DNA of 64,000 nucleotides. Source: Zygnema circumcarinatum SAG 698-1b (taxonomy: Eukaryota > Plantae > Zygnematophyceae). The stretch lies in NCBI GenBank assembly GCA_037447605.1, contig CM074814.1, positions 1,922,001 through 1,986,000 of the forward strand. The letters are read 5' to 3'. How positions within the stretch are numbered: the stretch's first letter is position 1; every line of letters starts with the position of its first letter. Positions 38,101 to 52,480 of the stretch are shown one piece after another. A program made the position numbers and the translations under genes. The notes below the pieces were generated by a model. It searched no databases. It was given only the letters and a program-made list of their open reading frames with translations, and was not told where the DNA came from.

Positions 38101-41100
38101 AGGAAGGATGTTGCATGCAGATGTGGGCTTTGATGGTATTGGCAAATAGCGATGCTGGCAGTACGCCCATGAAGAGAAGCAAGGGCAAGACCACTAGCGA
38201 AAATCAACTGGGTTGCTTTGACATTTTTTCTCCCTTCCAAGATCCATGTGTTTCTATGTCAGCTCATGCCTAAAGGATGTCTCCTTAGATTCGATGATGT
38301 CCTAATGCAGTGAGTACATATATTGCTGAGGCTGGTTGCCAGTGCAGGTTTTCTTGAGCATGCTCATTAAGAGCATGGACCTCGATTTGCCACTTTGGCA
38401 CCGCATCATGGTTTTGGAAGTGCTGCGGGTATGTCGCTGAGTAGTTCAGTTTCTTCTTGACCTTTCACGCTTGAAGACTTGCCCATGACATATCTTGTGG
38501 TTTGCAAGTTCTCATCACAACCGACGAAACCACAAAGACAATAACTTCAGTGAGATCTACTGGTAGAATCGATTATATCTTCTTTCTCTTGAATCACCTC
38601 TGTAGTTGTTGAACTACACCTTTGAACCGGCTTTTGCTTGCTGGCCATGGTCTACAGTGACTTGCATGCAAGATTGGTATCACCAAACTGGGGAGTGACC
38701 CACGTTGTAAAGAATCGGTAATATCCTGGGGGAGGTGATTCTTTTTTCCTCTTTTGCCAACAAATCGTGAATGGTCTCATTCCTTATGGTGCGGAGGCTG
38801 GGATAACAGGGCTTTTGTGTTGAGGCTCGCGTACTCAGCATAATTTTCCAGACATTTGACATGTGAGATCAGTTGAACCCCTGGGCTTTGCTGACTACAA
38901 GCTTCTCCTTGAAGCAGATTGTGCCCTTAATATTGCTGTCGATCAGTGCTCCGTTGGTACACTTTTTGTGTTTCTCATGCTTATTTCAATTGGAGGCGTA
39001 TATCATGGCACTGTTCTGTTAAGAGAACTGTCAGCGTGGAACAGGAGACCATAAATGAGGACTTTCTCAGAAAAGGGGCATGGCAGGCAGCCGGAGAACA
39101 CGGATGTGGTTGCGGACATGGTGTTAGCACTCGCACGCGTGGTGCAGAGTGTGCAGGTGAGGAAATGCCCCTTAAGTGAAAGGCAAATTCATTCAAGCAA
39201 GGAATCTGTGGATACTGTTGACTTGTATCCTCGCTTGCATCTTTGGCTTCAATATGAACATTGTAAGGTTGCTACTGCCCCGCAAGTGCTGTTCGAAAAA
39301 GTGGAGTGTTTGCAGGCACATCTACGTCCGCCTCTTGCGGTGTCTCTCCGGACTGCAAAGGTTATGGTCGTCACTGGCCCTTTTGGTGTATTTGCAGATT
39401 CCTGAGGCAAGTGAGGAGAGTCTTGCGGCAGTAGCCGGCATGTTCAGCAGCAAGGCTAAAGGTTAGTGGCACATATTCAGTTTGAAGTGCCTTCCCGCAC
39501 CTCTCTCTCTGTCTGTCTCTCCCTTCCCCTTTCTTCCTTTGTCCACCTCTGTTTTTCCCTGACCGTGTTTCACCTTATTGGGACTCACCAAGCTGTAATT
39601 GCTTCCTGCAATACATTCTGAAGCCTTGCCTTGAAACTCCATTATCCCCCCATCCAAAATCTAAACAGGAAGAACGTAAGTTGCATCATGCTATTTACTT
39701 CCTTTCGCAAGGGCTTCAGACAGCTTCGGAAATATTCACGCTAATAGATACTCTGATGTGTGGTCGTCATCCGTGAAGCAACACAGATTCAAGAGGGAGT
39801 CACTTGTTTGACGACACGGAGAGCTGGTGGCTGCAGGGGTTGAGTGGACCATGGAGTACGACCTTACGGGGAATGCAATGGTGGTAGCCAGTGAAGCCCA
39901 TGCGATCACTCTTGCCATAGAGGGTCTGCTGGGAGTGGTGTTCACTGTTGCCATCCTCACGGATGAGGCTGTGGAGGAGGGTGAGGTAGGCGCCCCTTCA
40001 AAGACAGCCGCTGGCCATGGACTAATTTAGCCCTTGACAGTATCGTAGTTTAGACCTCAAGCCTGAATTTGAAGGCACATGCTTCTTTCAGGTATGCAAA
40101 GATGGTTCTACATTTGCGTCAAACAATTTCATGATCTCGCTGCTATTTTGCAAACCACTGTACTTTGTGTTGTCCATGCCCTCTGCAGCTTGACTCTCCT
40201 CAAAGTGAAGGCGCACAGCGCACTGCTGGGAATGCAAAAGTGGTCCAAAAAGGTGGACTGGCAGATATGTGCTCTCGGATGGTGGGCTCAGTGTGGAGAA
40301 CACTTCTTGAGGCGCTCTCCCTCATGCTTTCCAGGTTAGGACTTATGAAATATTTATTTGGAGGGACGTGGTGGCAAGTTGCCTCGAATGCTTTGTAGCT
40401 GCCGTCCAGTGATTGAAAAAAGCATGATAGGCTATTTACGAGGAGTGGTCGTATCTAAACGAGACCTGACTAGCAGTTTACATGCATCTATGGGATGGTT
40501 GTTGGCATGGACAAGTGAATTAATCTGTCAGAACGCCCTTTCCTCGATTCTGCGTAATACAGATCTCAAGGGGAGGCAGTGGTATTGGAAATCCTGAAGG
40601 GTTACCAAGCCTTCACACAGGTGGGTTGGATGCTGCTTCATTTCAGCTAATATGTTAAGGACTGGAAGCTCCTATTGAGAGGTGACAGTGGACAAAACAG
40701 GGGCAGCGGAAGCGTCTAAATATCTTAGTGTAATTAAAGTTGATCCCATATTCTGGCAATCTCTTGCTATGTTGCGAAGTAGGTTTGTGCCGCAGATGCT
40801 CACTGGTGAATGATACCGAAGAGACCACTGTGTTGCCTAACATTATGCAAAAGCATTGCATTATCCTTAAGAGTAGTAATATCCTTGCGGTGTGCACCCG
40901 CATAAGATGCTTGTGACCAGGTTCGCACCTATCATGTGCAGGGTTTCATGAGCACTATATGGCTGGTAACTCCGTTGCCTCCAGATTTATGATTAGAAAC
41001 TGAATGGATGCAGGCCTGCGGAGTGCTGCGAATGGTGGAGCCGCGTGACGCCTTCTTGGCCTCCCTCTGCCGCTTCACGCTCGTTCAACAGTTTGAACCG

Positions 41101-44100
41101 GACAGAACAATGTGCTCACCAGATCCTGCAGCTTAGAGGGGGAAGGCTGTACTCTTTGTCAGTCATATGGACATCTTCCTAATCCTTTCTCCGCTGCGCT
41201 ATGTTGAGAGTGCAGCCCTGCAGCAAGCTCAGTGTCAGTGCTGACGGCCGGCATCAGACGGTTGGACCCTGCAGTCGAAGGTGGTGGTCTTGTGCTTACT
41301 CCCAAGAACGTACAGGCACTAAGGACTCTGTTCAACGTGGCACACCGACTATGTAGTGTGCTCGGACCCTCCTGGGTGTTGGTGGGTTTCACAGCCACTT
41401 CCTCATTACAACAAGTGTAGACTCTCACACAGCATAGTGTGGGAAGCAGGGCGACATGATCCTCTCTGCTCTGCCTCTTCACCCTACTCGCATGCACAGC
41501 TATTGTAGAGTCTGCCCGTGGTCTTCGTGTTATGTTTGATTGTGCAGTCGGTCGAGACTTCGTTTTGCTTAGAAGCGGTTTGCCGATGGAAGGCAGGTTT
41601 TGGAGACACTGGCGGCTTTAGATCGCACCATCCACTCCCCTCACGCAACTACGCAGGTGCTCTTTCTCTGCCACTGCCTCTTTCCTGTCTCGGCCATTCT
41701 GTAAAGTTGACGATTGCATGCAGACAACATCCTTTTCATTCGCGCAGAAAGCCGAACATTTCATGCATGTGCGATGAACAGGCTTGCACTCTGTTCTATG
41801 GGAGTCGCGCTATTTCTAAGGTGTTCAGTATCTTTCTGTGAACTCTTCCCGTATTGCAGGAAGTGTCGGCTTCCGTGGCTCGGCATGCGCGAGATGGCGG
41901 CAACCAGTCAAGTGATTTCAATATTCTGTCAACCCTTGATGCCCAGGTAGACCAACCCCCGTCCTGTATGCCTTCCGAAGCTTGCTCACTCCCTCATACA
42001 CATTTCCCTCCCTACACTACACGATCCATACCCATGGAGTAGACCCATGACCCTGAGTAGCTTTACTGAGAAGGAGGAGTGTTGGTGCAGCTATTTGAAA
42101 GCTCTGCCATTATGGGAGACAACGCAGCAAAGGCGTTACTTGCTGCCCTTCGCTCTATTTCCAGTCAGGCCCTTGACGGTGTTAGTGCCGGCCTTGGAAG
42201 AGCAGCTTCGGGCACAACTGCCGCTACAGGGGCCCCTGGGAGTGTGCAGCCCTCTGCTTTGAAGATGTTTGCGTTGGAAAGGATGCTTACTACTCTCGAA
42301 CACAACTTGCACAGTGAGAACACACTTGGCCACTGGCTTAGGACCAACAGCATTTTCAGAAAACAGGGGATTAAGGAGAGCATTTTGTTTGTTTGTTTTG
42401 CATTTTGGGCAATGACATAGAGAGGGGGAGGCGACTAGATGCAGAGTTTATTTAGCTGGAGCTGTATGTGCTTTGTAACATATTTGTATGCCAGGTTATT
42501 GCTGGGTGTTTTGCCCAAAACCATTTTGACCGATTGATAGTTCACCGGAGCTTTGCAGGAGTGGATCGTCTTTGGGGTGAAATTATCGTTCACTTGCTGG
42601 AGGTGAGTTCGTTTCACTGCAGCTGAAAGTTCTCTACAAGTTCTGGAACACTCGTCCGAGTCATTCACTGTAGGGTAAAAGCGATATAAGAGAGGAGAGA
42701 GAAGAGAGTGACTAAGGGGTGGCAGGAGGAAGAAAGAGGGAGGGAGGCAGATGGTGAATGAAGCGAGGACGTTGTGTCTGTACACTCATTCCCCCAAACC
42801 CCTAGTCGAACCTAAACTCATACGAACTCTGCGAACACGGAAAAGGGAGAGCTACACTCATCTGTCCTTTTCTCTCACAATGGCGATGTCGTTCTCCGCT
42901 TCCCCCTCTCTCGCGACTTTATCTTCCACTCCCTCCGTGCCTTCCTTTTTCTCCTCAGTTGCCCTTTCCATCACATAATTGCCAGCAAGCATCACACAAT
43001 CTTGTCACTCTCGTCATCCTCCCTCCTCTCGCTCTCCCCTCCCTACTCTCTCGTTCTTTCTATCTCCTTTGCCACTTCCTCACTGTTGCTGCTGCGGCCA
43101 CTCTGTCTGCTTTCATAAGCTCCCTCACACCGGGCCCTTTTCTTGCCCTTTCTCTAATAACTGCACCCTCTCCCTCCACGGAAACCTTCCCTTCCTCTCA
43201 ATTTATATCCCAATCCTAGTGAGAATGACAGATGTCTTTGCTAGGCAACCTCAACCAATGACTTCCTTTCCCTTCCTCTCCCTGCAGCTATCAGATCATG
43301 AGAGCCCCCATGTTCGAGTTGTGGCCCTCGATGCATTGGACCGCGCAATCATGGCAGTTCTCAACTGTGGGCGAATCCGAGAAGAAGCTGCTGCTGCTGC
43401 ACGTTCTGTACCTCGTCAGCCCCCCCTGACCAGTTCTGCAGATAGTGGTAGAAGGTTCAGCCGCAGCAGCAGTAGCATGGATGAGAGGGCAGCACAGAGA
43501 GGGGAGACTTTGGAGGATGCTCCTGCACTGCAGCAAGAGGGTCCTGAGAGTGGAGCAGATGACATGTTTGAGTGCGTCGTCATCATGCCACTCACAGTGC
43601 TCTATGATGTGGGAAGAGATGCGGATGTTCGAACGGGCTCACTGAAAATCTTGCTTCATGTGCTGGAGGTAAGGCTGGCGAGGCCCTGAGATATGGTTTC
43701 AAGTGGATGCAGATTAGTTGGTGCGATCTTCTATGCTGGACTTGAAATGAAATTGGAAAAAAAAAAAATTGAAATTTGAAATTTGAAATTTGAAATTTGA
43801 AATTTGAAATTTGAAATTGGATTGCAAGCAGTAGTTCCTGGTACATAACATTTCTTAAACGGAGCATGTGAAAAGATTGGTGGAGGTTGTAACGCATGAA
43901 GAAGCAATTTATGTGTTGTGCGTTTCTTTGGGTGGCAGAGACATGGAGAAAAGTTATACCACAGTTGGCCGGATATATTAGAACTTCTCAGGTCAGATCA
44001 TCGTTTACAACTCGCAGTGATTACATACTTTTAAGAAAAATACGGTGTCAATGTTTGACCGAGAATGTCAATGGGAATAGGTTGATGCCCAGCTTAGTCT

Positions 44101-47100
44101 TTCAGTCATTCTTCGACGATGATTGCTGGTGGGATTTATGATGGTTGTAATGATATCCCAACGGTGCATGCTTGTTGTTCACTAAGCGATTTCATGACTT
44201 CCTTGCTAACATTATCATCTTCCACCATTGTATCACACACAAACTGTGCAGATTGGTGGCAGATGAGGGGGAGAAGGAGCATGTTCCTTTGGGTTTCCAG
44301 GTATGGCCATACCTTGTCTGAGCTTGTGTAGTGTGTGAGGTGGAGCCTCTGAGCATCTGCTTATGATTTTCTTCGCTAGACCTGCATTATTCCCTTGTCA
44401 ATGGGATTAAGTAAACTCTCCGCTTTTTGTCCCCTTCTTGAAAGCGGTGCAAGTGATACTGCAAATACTGCTTGCAAGCTGATCCTTTTGGTGGATCAAC
44501 TTCCTTCATCCTCCTTGGCCGAACTGCTCCATAGCTGAGCTGAGTATGCGTTGTGCTTTTGCAGAGTGTTCGAGTGGTTACAAGCGATTGTCTATCATCC
44601 GTACCTTCAGCTTCACTTGAAATGTGAGTCCAGAATTTACTTTTGGCCTTGTGCAGATGTTTTCTACTTTGTGCTTATAATGTCAAGTGTCATGTTACTA
44701 TTCCTTTTTCTCGCCTTAAACTATTTCTAGCACTGGACTTGTTCACAATACGTTTCTCCGCTTTGACCATCAGTGGCCCTGCGATTTAGAATTTGCACTT
44801 TTTTTTGCTTTTATCATCCTCTCGACTTGAGAGCAGACATCAAACAGATTGCACGAATTTATATGGTGGAACCAAGGCCGGCTATAATCTGAGTGTTGCA
44901 GCTTGTCATCTGATGACCATGAAGGAGATCATTTCATCAGCCAAATTCTTCAATTGTCGCCACATGGTGGTTTCCACTTGGTTCTGATTGGTGCTTAAAA
45001 TTGACATTGCAGGTGTGTTGATGTAGTCGGAGCCTACGCAGTGCAAAAGGCGGATGTGAATATCAGCTTGACAGCTTTAGGGCTCTTGTGGACTACCTCC
45101 GACTTTTTTGCAAGAAATTTCTCAAATGCCACTGGTGCACCCGAACTGACTGGTGTGCATTTGACCCAACTTATCTGTTCTCATAATCAATTCACTCTAG
45201 TGAATTCTTGTGTTGCCTTTTCTTCTTGAATGAATGATGTGTGTATGAATGATTTGTTTGTTCTCGAATGGCAGACTCATCGATCGACATGGAGAGCTCA
45301 CAATTGGGACTGACGAAAGCGGAAGAAGTTACAGCTACAGGTCCGGGCAGACCTGAAGATGACATGGAGGGTATTGAGAAGACTCGAAAGGATCATGTAG
45401 TGGCATCTGATGGGAAGTTGGACCCTCACGCGGGGCATCTCCTTCTACGAGTATTTTCAGTCATTCAACATAGTGCTACAGATGAGCGACCAGAGGTGAG
45501 GACGAGGAATCCGGCATCTGATGTACTGCATGTATTTTGTAGCAGTTTATTGATACAGATGTTGGATACACCGTTATAAATTGGTTGGCTGTACGCATCT
45601 CATTGATGTCAATGGATTTTGCTGCTGGAAACAGGTTAGGAATTCTGCTATGAGGACCCTCTTCCAGTCTATAGTCAGTCACGGGAGCAAACTCTCTGAG
45701 GCTCACTGGCAGCACTGCCTATGGAGTCTTATTTTTCCGCTCATTCAAAACGTTCGCCATCTGGTACGTTCAGATTGCGGTCAGCAGATAAGCTATTTTT
45801 GATAGAGTCGAGTACACCATTGGTGCTATAGTTAACCTCCTCACCCACGAGACGTCAGAATTGGAATTCTCTTATGGACATCTCAAACGAGCAGACAATC
45901 ACTAATCGACTGCAGAAACCCAGGGGCAATGCTATAGAGGCTCAAGAGCAGTTTGGGCATGTTAAGTTTATAATGACCAACGGTTTTGTAGATTTAGCCT
46001 TCAGATGAATCAAAACTTTCATGCCTTTTGCCCAAATTTCAGATTTTCTTTTGTTTGTTTTTTTTTTTTTTTCCCTTCCTTTTGGTGCCCCTGGGGCTGC
46101 TAGGACCTCTGAGAAATGTGCGGAGACAATTTTGCCACTCCTTTTCATATGTCGTACATCACAGGTGTATCAGATGGAAGTTCATTAACGTGAGACAGCC
46201 TTGTTGTTATTGGCTTGCTGCGGAGGGTATGTGCAGGCAGCTCATGCCTCGAAGGAGGAGTGGGTCGGAACAGAGCTTGGCAAGCAGGGGGGAAAGGCAG
46301 TGCACATGCTCGTGCATCACAGGTGGGGCAATATCCTCCTCCTGTCTTTGTTCAGCATTAGCAGAGTGCCGCAAATGCTGTGAGCACAGAAACGCACAGT
46401 ACAGAGTAAAGCTATCGCGCTGCAGGGAATGCCTGCAAGCCGATGCCATAGATGATATTGTGAAATGAGTACCGTAGCAGATAGTACGGCTCCTTGTAGT
46501 GCTCAATTTGAAGGATCTGCCGCTTGATTGTTTTGGAATGCAGCCGCAATACATGTCAGAAGCAGTGGGAGGAGACTCTCGTTATGACGCTGAATGGCAT
46601 GAGTCGGCTGCTGAAGGCATTTTTCCCTCATTTGCAACCGCTATCGGGCTTTAAGCGAGGTCTGACTATGCCCTCTCACATTGTCTGAATATGGCTGATA
46701 ATTATGATGCCCTCACGGATTTTTGTCGTCGCACGTTTCCTAGATCTACTCCGTTACTTACACATTTGCCGTTCGCCTTAGAATTCGAGTGAACCCAAGT
46801 GTCTATTTGGTTCTCATGGATTGTGGAGAAGAATTCTTTCATCGCTCAACATAGGAAGCATTGATTCGGTGGGAGCAGGATGGGCTGAGCTACTTCATTT
46901 TGTGGAGGAGAGCGTGAGTGAGGGCAGCAAGGAGGTGGCTTTGGCCGCAGCGACCATGTTGTACACTCTACTGCATGCACACACTCTTAAGGTAAGATTA
47001 GGTTTAGTATATACCTATAACCTATACCTTAATACCTCTGACTTATGGCAGAAATCTTGTGAGTTTCCCTTCTTGATTGCCATACAACAAAGAACAATGC

Positions 47101-50100
47101 TTGCGCATGCCTATCATGGAATCAACAGGAGCAGCCTAGGATTTTTCGGTTGCCTACTGTAATTTCCGTGTCAGAAGCCCCTTATATAGAGACTCCCCTG
47201 TCCGTTAGAGAAAAGTGAAAAAACCATTTGGAGTCGTGAAAATTGCTCTAAAAATGTCCTCCTGTCATCATTCACTGATCAGGTGTGCTCATCGTGTTTT
47301 CAAACTCATCTAATGCTAAGCTTGCTGGCATTATCTTATTTGTCGGTCTGAGCAGGGTAATATCCCACGGTATTACTGGGATACTTCTTTAGCGACTTAT
47401 GAGAAAGTAGTCCGCGAGGGAGCGCACGCCGGCAGCCGTGTTCCTCTCAAAGCTCGCCAGGAGATTCTGGAAAATCTTGGTCAGTTTGTAGCGGGGCAAG
47501 TAGACTCTGCCAGTAAAAGCAGAGACATCTGAAGGAGAGGAGTGAATGTTCATGATTTCCCATAAGCTTGGTTCAGTACCACACGCGTGTTTCGGGCTGT
47601 AGAATTATGATGCATAGAAGCGACTTGACCGGCTGAAAGTCATAGAGAAGTCATTTCCTGCCTTAATCTTCTTTGCATTTCAGACAACTGCCTTGTGGAA
47701 TCGCGAGACCTTTCTCATGGAGATGATGGTGTTATTTACCCCGGTCCTTGTGGGAGTGTGGTGATTGGCAGGGGAGCTTTATGTGTGCAGTGCCAACGGC
47801 GGCATTTTTGAGGATGCGGACTACCTGAAAGTGCTCGCATTGGTAGATGTGCTTGCACGCTATCCAACCATTGCGGGTGATCCGCCAGCTTATGCGGTCA
47901 GCGAACTGTAACCAACCGTCATATAGCCACCCCACGTCACATTTCATACTGAAAGCACATTTACGTTGTTCATCGTTGTTCTTAACACTCAACAATGGAC
48001 AGCCTGCACTCGTTAGCAATTAATGGAGTCATGATGTTCCTGATCCCAGCAGAATTTTCCCCATAAACATAGGTGTATTGAACAATTCCTTTGTTGCACT
48101 GCTGCTGCAGGGGACTCTCCCTCAGGTGCAGCGCACCGTCCTGGAGGTATTGCCCAAGCTGCAACCCCACCCCTCCCACTCCTCCCTTTGGCCCTCCCTC
48201 CTTCGCCAGCTCTTAGCATACCTTCCAGGGGGAGACCGTCTTCTCTGCGACCATTGCCGGGTCCCTCCTGCCTACCTTCGAGAAGCCCAGGAGGCACGGA
48301 AACTCGCTGTTTCAGGGGGTGCATCACCATCTCTAGAAGCTGAATACCTTGGGGCGATGGATGATGCTCCACCTGAATACAACTCCAACTCCAACTCCAA
48401 CTCACCTGCAGGGACCGACCAGTCGGAGACGGCTGGGATATTCAGTAGTGAAGTGTCTCCTTTGTCGGTTGAAGTGCAACAGAATGGCCACAGAGGGGTA
48501 GATGTGGACGAGGGTGTGTCTGCACAGGGGGAGAAACCTGCAGAGGTCAGGTTTGTTACGAGAGGGTTGTCCCTTGGTGGGCGATTGGATATGTTTGCTC
48601 CTACAGCTGTTTGGGCTCCCACCGTCGAGAATGCGGGTGGGAAGTTCATGCGGAGCTTCCCAGAAACAACGGTATCTGCTCTTTCTCAAGTATTTGTTGA
48701 GAGGATCGTTGCCATGCTGTTGGAATTTTTCTCCAACGCACCCGAATGGGCGCAAAGCACCATGCTGCCAGAGTTAGTGGCTGCTTTTGGCCGGTTAGTT
48801 CTTTCAGACCCAAGACCTTCAGCCTGTTTTGAAATGCAGAAAACCAGCGTTTAATGGTTAGGGTACTTGACTCATTGTTGGAAGCAAAACGATTGTTTAC
48901 ATGGCTGTACCTTCCGGCTTTTCTATCATGCTAGGCATTAAAAGATGGTCCTTCACGAATTAGCTTCTGCTATCCACAAGGCTCTCACTGAAGATGCCCC
49001 TCCTGATTTATGCGGATGTTGCTGTCAAGCAGCTGCATGGCGATGAGACGAGACTCTCCCGATTCTCAGCTCTGGCGAACTGCTGTGGCAGCATTCACAA
49101 CGGTCCTCGATACCGCCATGCCTTCGGACTCTTCCTCCGTGCTCTTGTCTCCTTCAAAATCCGTTAGAGATGAACTGGAAGTGGGCGATGGACACCTCAG
49201 GGGGCGCCCTCGGCTTTGGAAGGAGCTCGCAGATGTGTTTGAAAAGTTTCTTCTTGGAGCATGTGGGAGAGCAGTAATGCTGCCAGGGGGGCAGGCCCTG
49301 CCTGCAGACATGGTGAAGGGGGATGAGGCTTTAGAGTCGCTATTGTTGGAGTCTCTCTGCCAGAAGGTGCTGGCAAGGAGTTCGGATGCACCCCCTGAGG
49401 TGACTGCACTGAGTACTTAGACTGGGCTGAGATGCTGCCGTGAATTGTCTGTCTCGGATTCCCATAACCCATCTTGGAAAGCAGTGATATACATCTTTAT
49501 GGAGCCAGTTATAGCTTAGCCCTGCCGTGTAGCTCGCTACCATTCATGTACAGTTATGTATGGGGAGGCTGACCCAACCCTAACCTAAACCCAACCCAAC
49601 CCTTTAACCCTAACATCCTGTTGCCCTCCGGAAGGGTTGGGTTTGGAGAGCAGGTCAAGTTCCGTCTTGTTTCTGTAATTGATCGCTGTGCTGCCCGCAC
49701 TTCCGCGCTACCATTGGCAAGCGCTGCCCTTCTTCCCTCGCACTGTGGGCGGTTTTCTCTCGCGTGTCTTCTCCGCCTTTTTGAGCTCAGCAGGTGGGGG
49801 AGGAATCCCATAGTCCAAGCCTGTGATAGCCTCTTAGTAGCATGAATTTCCTAATGGCTTGTCTACAAGCTGAGAAAATTGGCTTGCACTTCAGCAGTAG
49901 GAGTTTCAATGCCAAATAAGTTTTGAACCTTTCCACCAAGTCATGTCGGCGAGTGAAGAAAATTGGCTTGGTAGGTGCGGGAATAATGAATAGTTAGAGC
50001 AGATAAGAGAAACGTGCAGTCGGTATTCTCAGTGACTGAGAGGTTGCTCGGAGGGTTGGAAGCAGCTGGGGAAGGCAGGAGGATGGTGTGGAGGCTTCTA

Positions 50101-51045
50101 CAGTGAGTGTGGCGAGGATAGCCCTTCCCTTACTGGTGAAGCGCTGTGAGGCCATTCTTCAGAGACACGTGCAAGACACAGAGAAGCACAGTAAGTTACA
50201 TACGCTCTCTCAGCTTCTTCCGCCCTCCCTCCTGACGACACATCCACGAACAAAGACATAGGGTGGGTTTCCATTGAGCGTATTGAGCGTATTGGGTTTC
50301 CATTCCTCGGGCCAATCTAGGTTTGACATGTAAACACTTTGTTCGACGTCGAGAACTGTGATTGGTTTATGCCCTCAATGGATTTCCGCCCATGGGTGAA
50401 GATCGATGAGTCATAAAGGTTGCCTCTTGATGCTATGCGATGCAGAAATGGAGCCGCTGCCGGCAGTGCGTTTAGAGGAGGTGAAGGTGACTCTTCAGGA
50501 GATGGCGCGTTTGGAGCTGCTTCCTCTTGTGGCTGCTGCTGTGGACATACCAATCCGCCATAGCCGCAGGGGTGAAGGCAGAAACGGGTCCTCCTCCCTC
50601 ACCCTCACCCCCCCTGTAAAGGAACGATATTTAGACGCCCAGGGACGGCAGCTCGGGTGGAGGCGCGCCCACCTCATGCTGCTGTACTCGACCATCGCAG
50701 AGCTCACTCTGACAAGGTGAGAGAGAGAGCCTGCAGGAGGGCAGGAGAGGGTTGGTAACGGTCTCTACTTCTAAAGTTCGTGCCTGTACCCCTACTGTAG
50801 TATCTAATGGATCAACTGATAAAGAGACGGATGGAACGAGGGTTAACAGAGGGGAGGGAGGGGAGTCGAGAGGGAGAGGGAGCGAGAGCGGGGAGAGAGG
50901 AGTGGGAGATGGGGAGGGCCCCTCCCTGTAATGATGTAATTCCTCATTGTATGTGTGGCTGTGGCGATTGTGCAGAGACCAACGGATCGCAGAAGGGGTG
51001 AAGGTCCTCCTCCTTCTCGTAGGCAGTGAGCTGGGCCTCTTGTAA
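32109..51045 (+). CDS. MON2: MON2 homologue (Sec7-family-related, ARM-repeat endosome/Golgi trafficking protein), about 41 exons
   Basis: First exons are 32109-32216 (MMAFNAVLEADLRGISAESRRKYPAVKDAAEHAILK) and 33431-33616. Internal motifs include LPLWHRIMVLEVLRGFCVEAR, EESLAAVAGMFSSKAKG, SEAHAITLAIEGLLGVVFTVA, SQGEAVVLEILKGYQAFTQACG, LTPKNVQALRTLFNVAHRL, NISLTALGLLWT and GGKAVHMLVHHSRNT. The last exon is 50976-51045 (RDQRIAEGVKVLLLLVGSELGLL*). Confidence 0.95.
43770..43818 (+). repeat. (GAAATTT)n heptamer microsatellite in a MON2 intron
   Basis: About 7 tandem GAAATTT units after an A-run. Confidence 0.9.
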
Positions 51046-51596
51046 GGAGCTCGCTTATACCCTGCCGGTGTTGGGCTGATGGCTCCCATGTTGGGCCCGC
51101 GAAGAGGGGCAAAATGCCAATTGTATTTCGTCCTTCTGCTGTATTTTTGAACCGCAGGAGCAATAAAGGTCTCCACTTTATCTTGCGCCCTCTCTCTCTG
51201 TGTCCCTGATCTGCTTCAAACTTGCCAAGAAATTGAAGGCAGTCCCGTACAGAAGATTACAGCAGAGAAACAAACCAGTTCCCTTTAGCCACCAATATCC
51301 GCCACACTTGGCCTCGTATTAACCCTGAGAACCACCCTTTCCACCCCTCGAATTGCATCCAATCCCTCAGCCCAGCGGGGGGTGTCAACCTCCAACAGGT
51401 CCCGGAACCCTTCTCAAGTTCAGACCTGGGATTGGGCTCGCATTTGACGCCCCATAAAGTCAGTAGAAGCTCCTTAATAACTTTGTGGAGGTGACTACTT
51501 TATCGCGGTTTCCTGACTTTATCAAGCTCCGTCAAAATGAATGCATTCCGGAGAGCCATTTTTTCCATTGCCACCGAGTGGAGCATTCTCCAATGA

Positions 51597-52100
51597 GCCA
51601 CCCATTGCCAATGATTGCAATCATTGGACCATTGATTCCCGCCCACCCAATCATTGTCAATGGTTGCAACCATTGGCTGGCTTTCCAGCCAACCATTGCA
51701 AGTAACTGCAACCATTGGACCATTGATTCCCGCTCCACCCAACCATTGCCAACAGTTTCAACCATTGGCTGGCTACCCAGCCAACCATTGCAAATAACTG
51801 CAACCATTCGACCATTGATTCCTGCCCAACCAGCCATTGGATCCAATAGTTGCAACCATTAGCTGGCTACCCAGCCAACCATTGCCAATAACTGCAACCA
51901 TTCGACCATTGATTCCTGCCCAACCAGCCATTGGATCCAATGGTTGCAACCATTGGCTGGCTACACAGCCACCATTGTCAGTGGCTGCAACCATTGGACT
52001 GTTGCTTCTCGCCCCGCCCAACGATCGGATCCAATGGTTGGCTGGATCGGGAACCAACGGTTTGCAAATCGCCGACCATTCGAATGGTTGATCCAACCCA
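51597..52100. repeat. Tandem array of ~92-bp palindromic units (CAACCATTG/CAATGGTTG family), left copy
   Basis: The anchor ACCATTGATTCC or its variant recurs at 51628, 51719, 51811, 51905 and 51998. A perfect 20-bp palindrome CCAATGGTTGCAACCATTGG lies at 51937-51956. Confidence 0.92.
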
Positions 52101-52480
52101 TGGTCCGACCAGCCCTTGGCCCGGAATGTTTTCGGCTACCCTTCGCGGACGTCCGTGATTGGGTGAGCGTCGGCCGGGCAGCTGAAGTATGACCACGGGC
52201 AGAACGGAAATGGTTTTGGCTGCCCCAACCGTGAACCAAAAGTCCGCGATTGGCCTTGCGTCGTCCGGGCAGCTGAAGGTTTGGTCGGGGGCAGCCCTAA
52301 ACTGTTTTCGGCTGCCTCGTCCTCGAAGCAAGCGTCCGCGATTTGGGCGAGCGTCGGCCGGGCAGCTCAAGTTTGGCTCCAGGCAGCATTCAAATGGTTT
52401 ATTCTGCCCCTCAGCGAATCAATCGTCCGCGATTGGGCGAGCGGCGGCCGGGCAGCTGAAATTCTTTCTGGTCCTCCGTC
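52100..52480. repeat. Second ~91-92-bp tandem family (core GTCCGCGATTGGGCGAGCGTCGGCCGGGCAGCTGAAG)
   Basis: Core starts at 52151, 52243, 52334 and 52425. An inverted copy lies at 52668-52755. Confidence 0.88.

Noticed and set aside
40879-40886. ATATCCTT (U12 donor consensus) in MON2
   Set aside because: It lies in the middle of a normal GT-AG intron whose flanking exons join correctly.
51485-52096. ORFs with repeated NGCNHW / ATIGPLIP peptides over the arrays (also 54150-54670)
   Set aside because: The repeat unit is 91-94 bp, so frames shift between units. The ORFs are by-products of the repeat on both strands.
52151-52461. CRISPR-like look: 37-bp repeats separated by ~55-bp spacers
   Set aside because: The spacers are homologous to each other, the context is a eukaryotic intron-rich locus, and there are no cas genes. 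It is a diverged tandem repeat.
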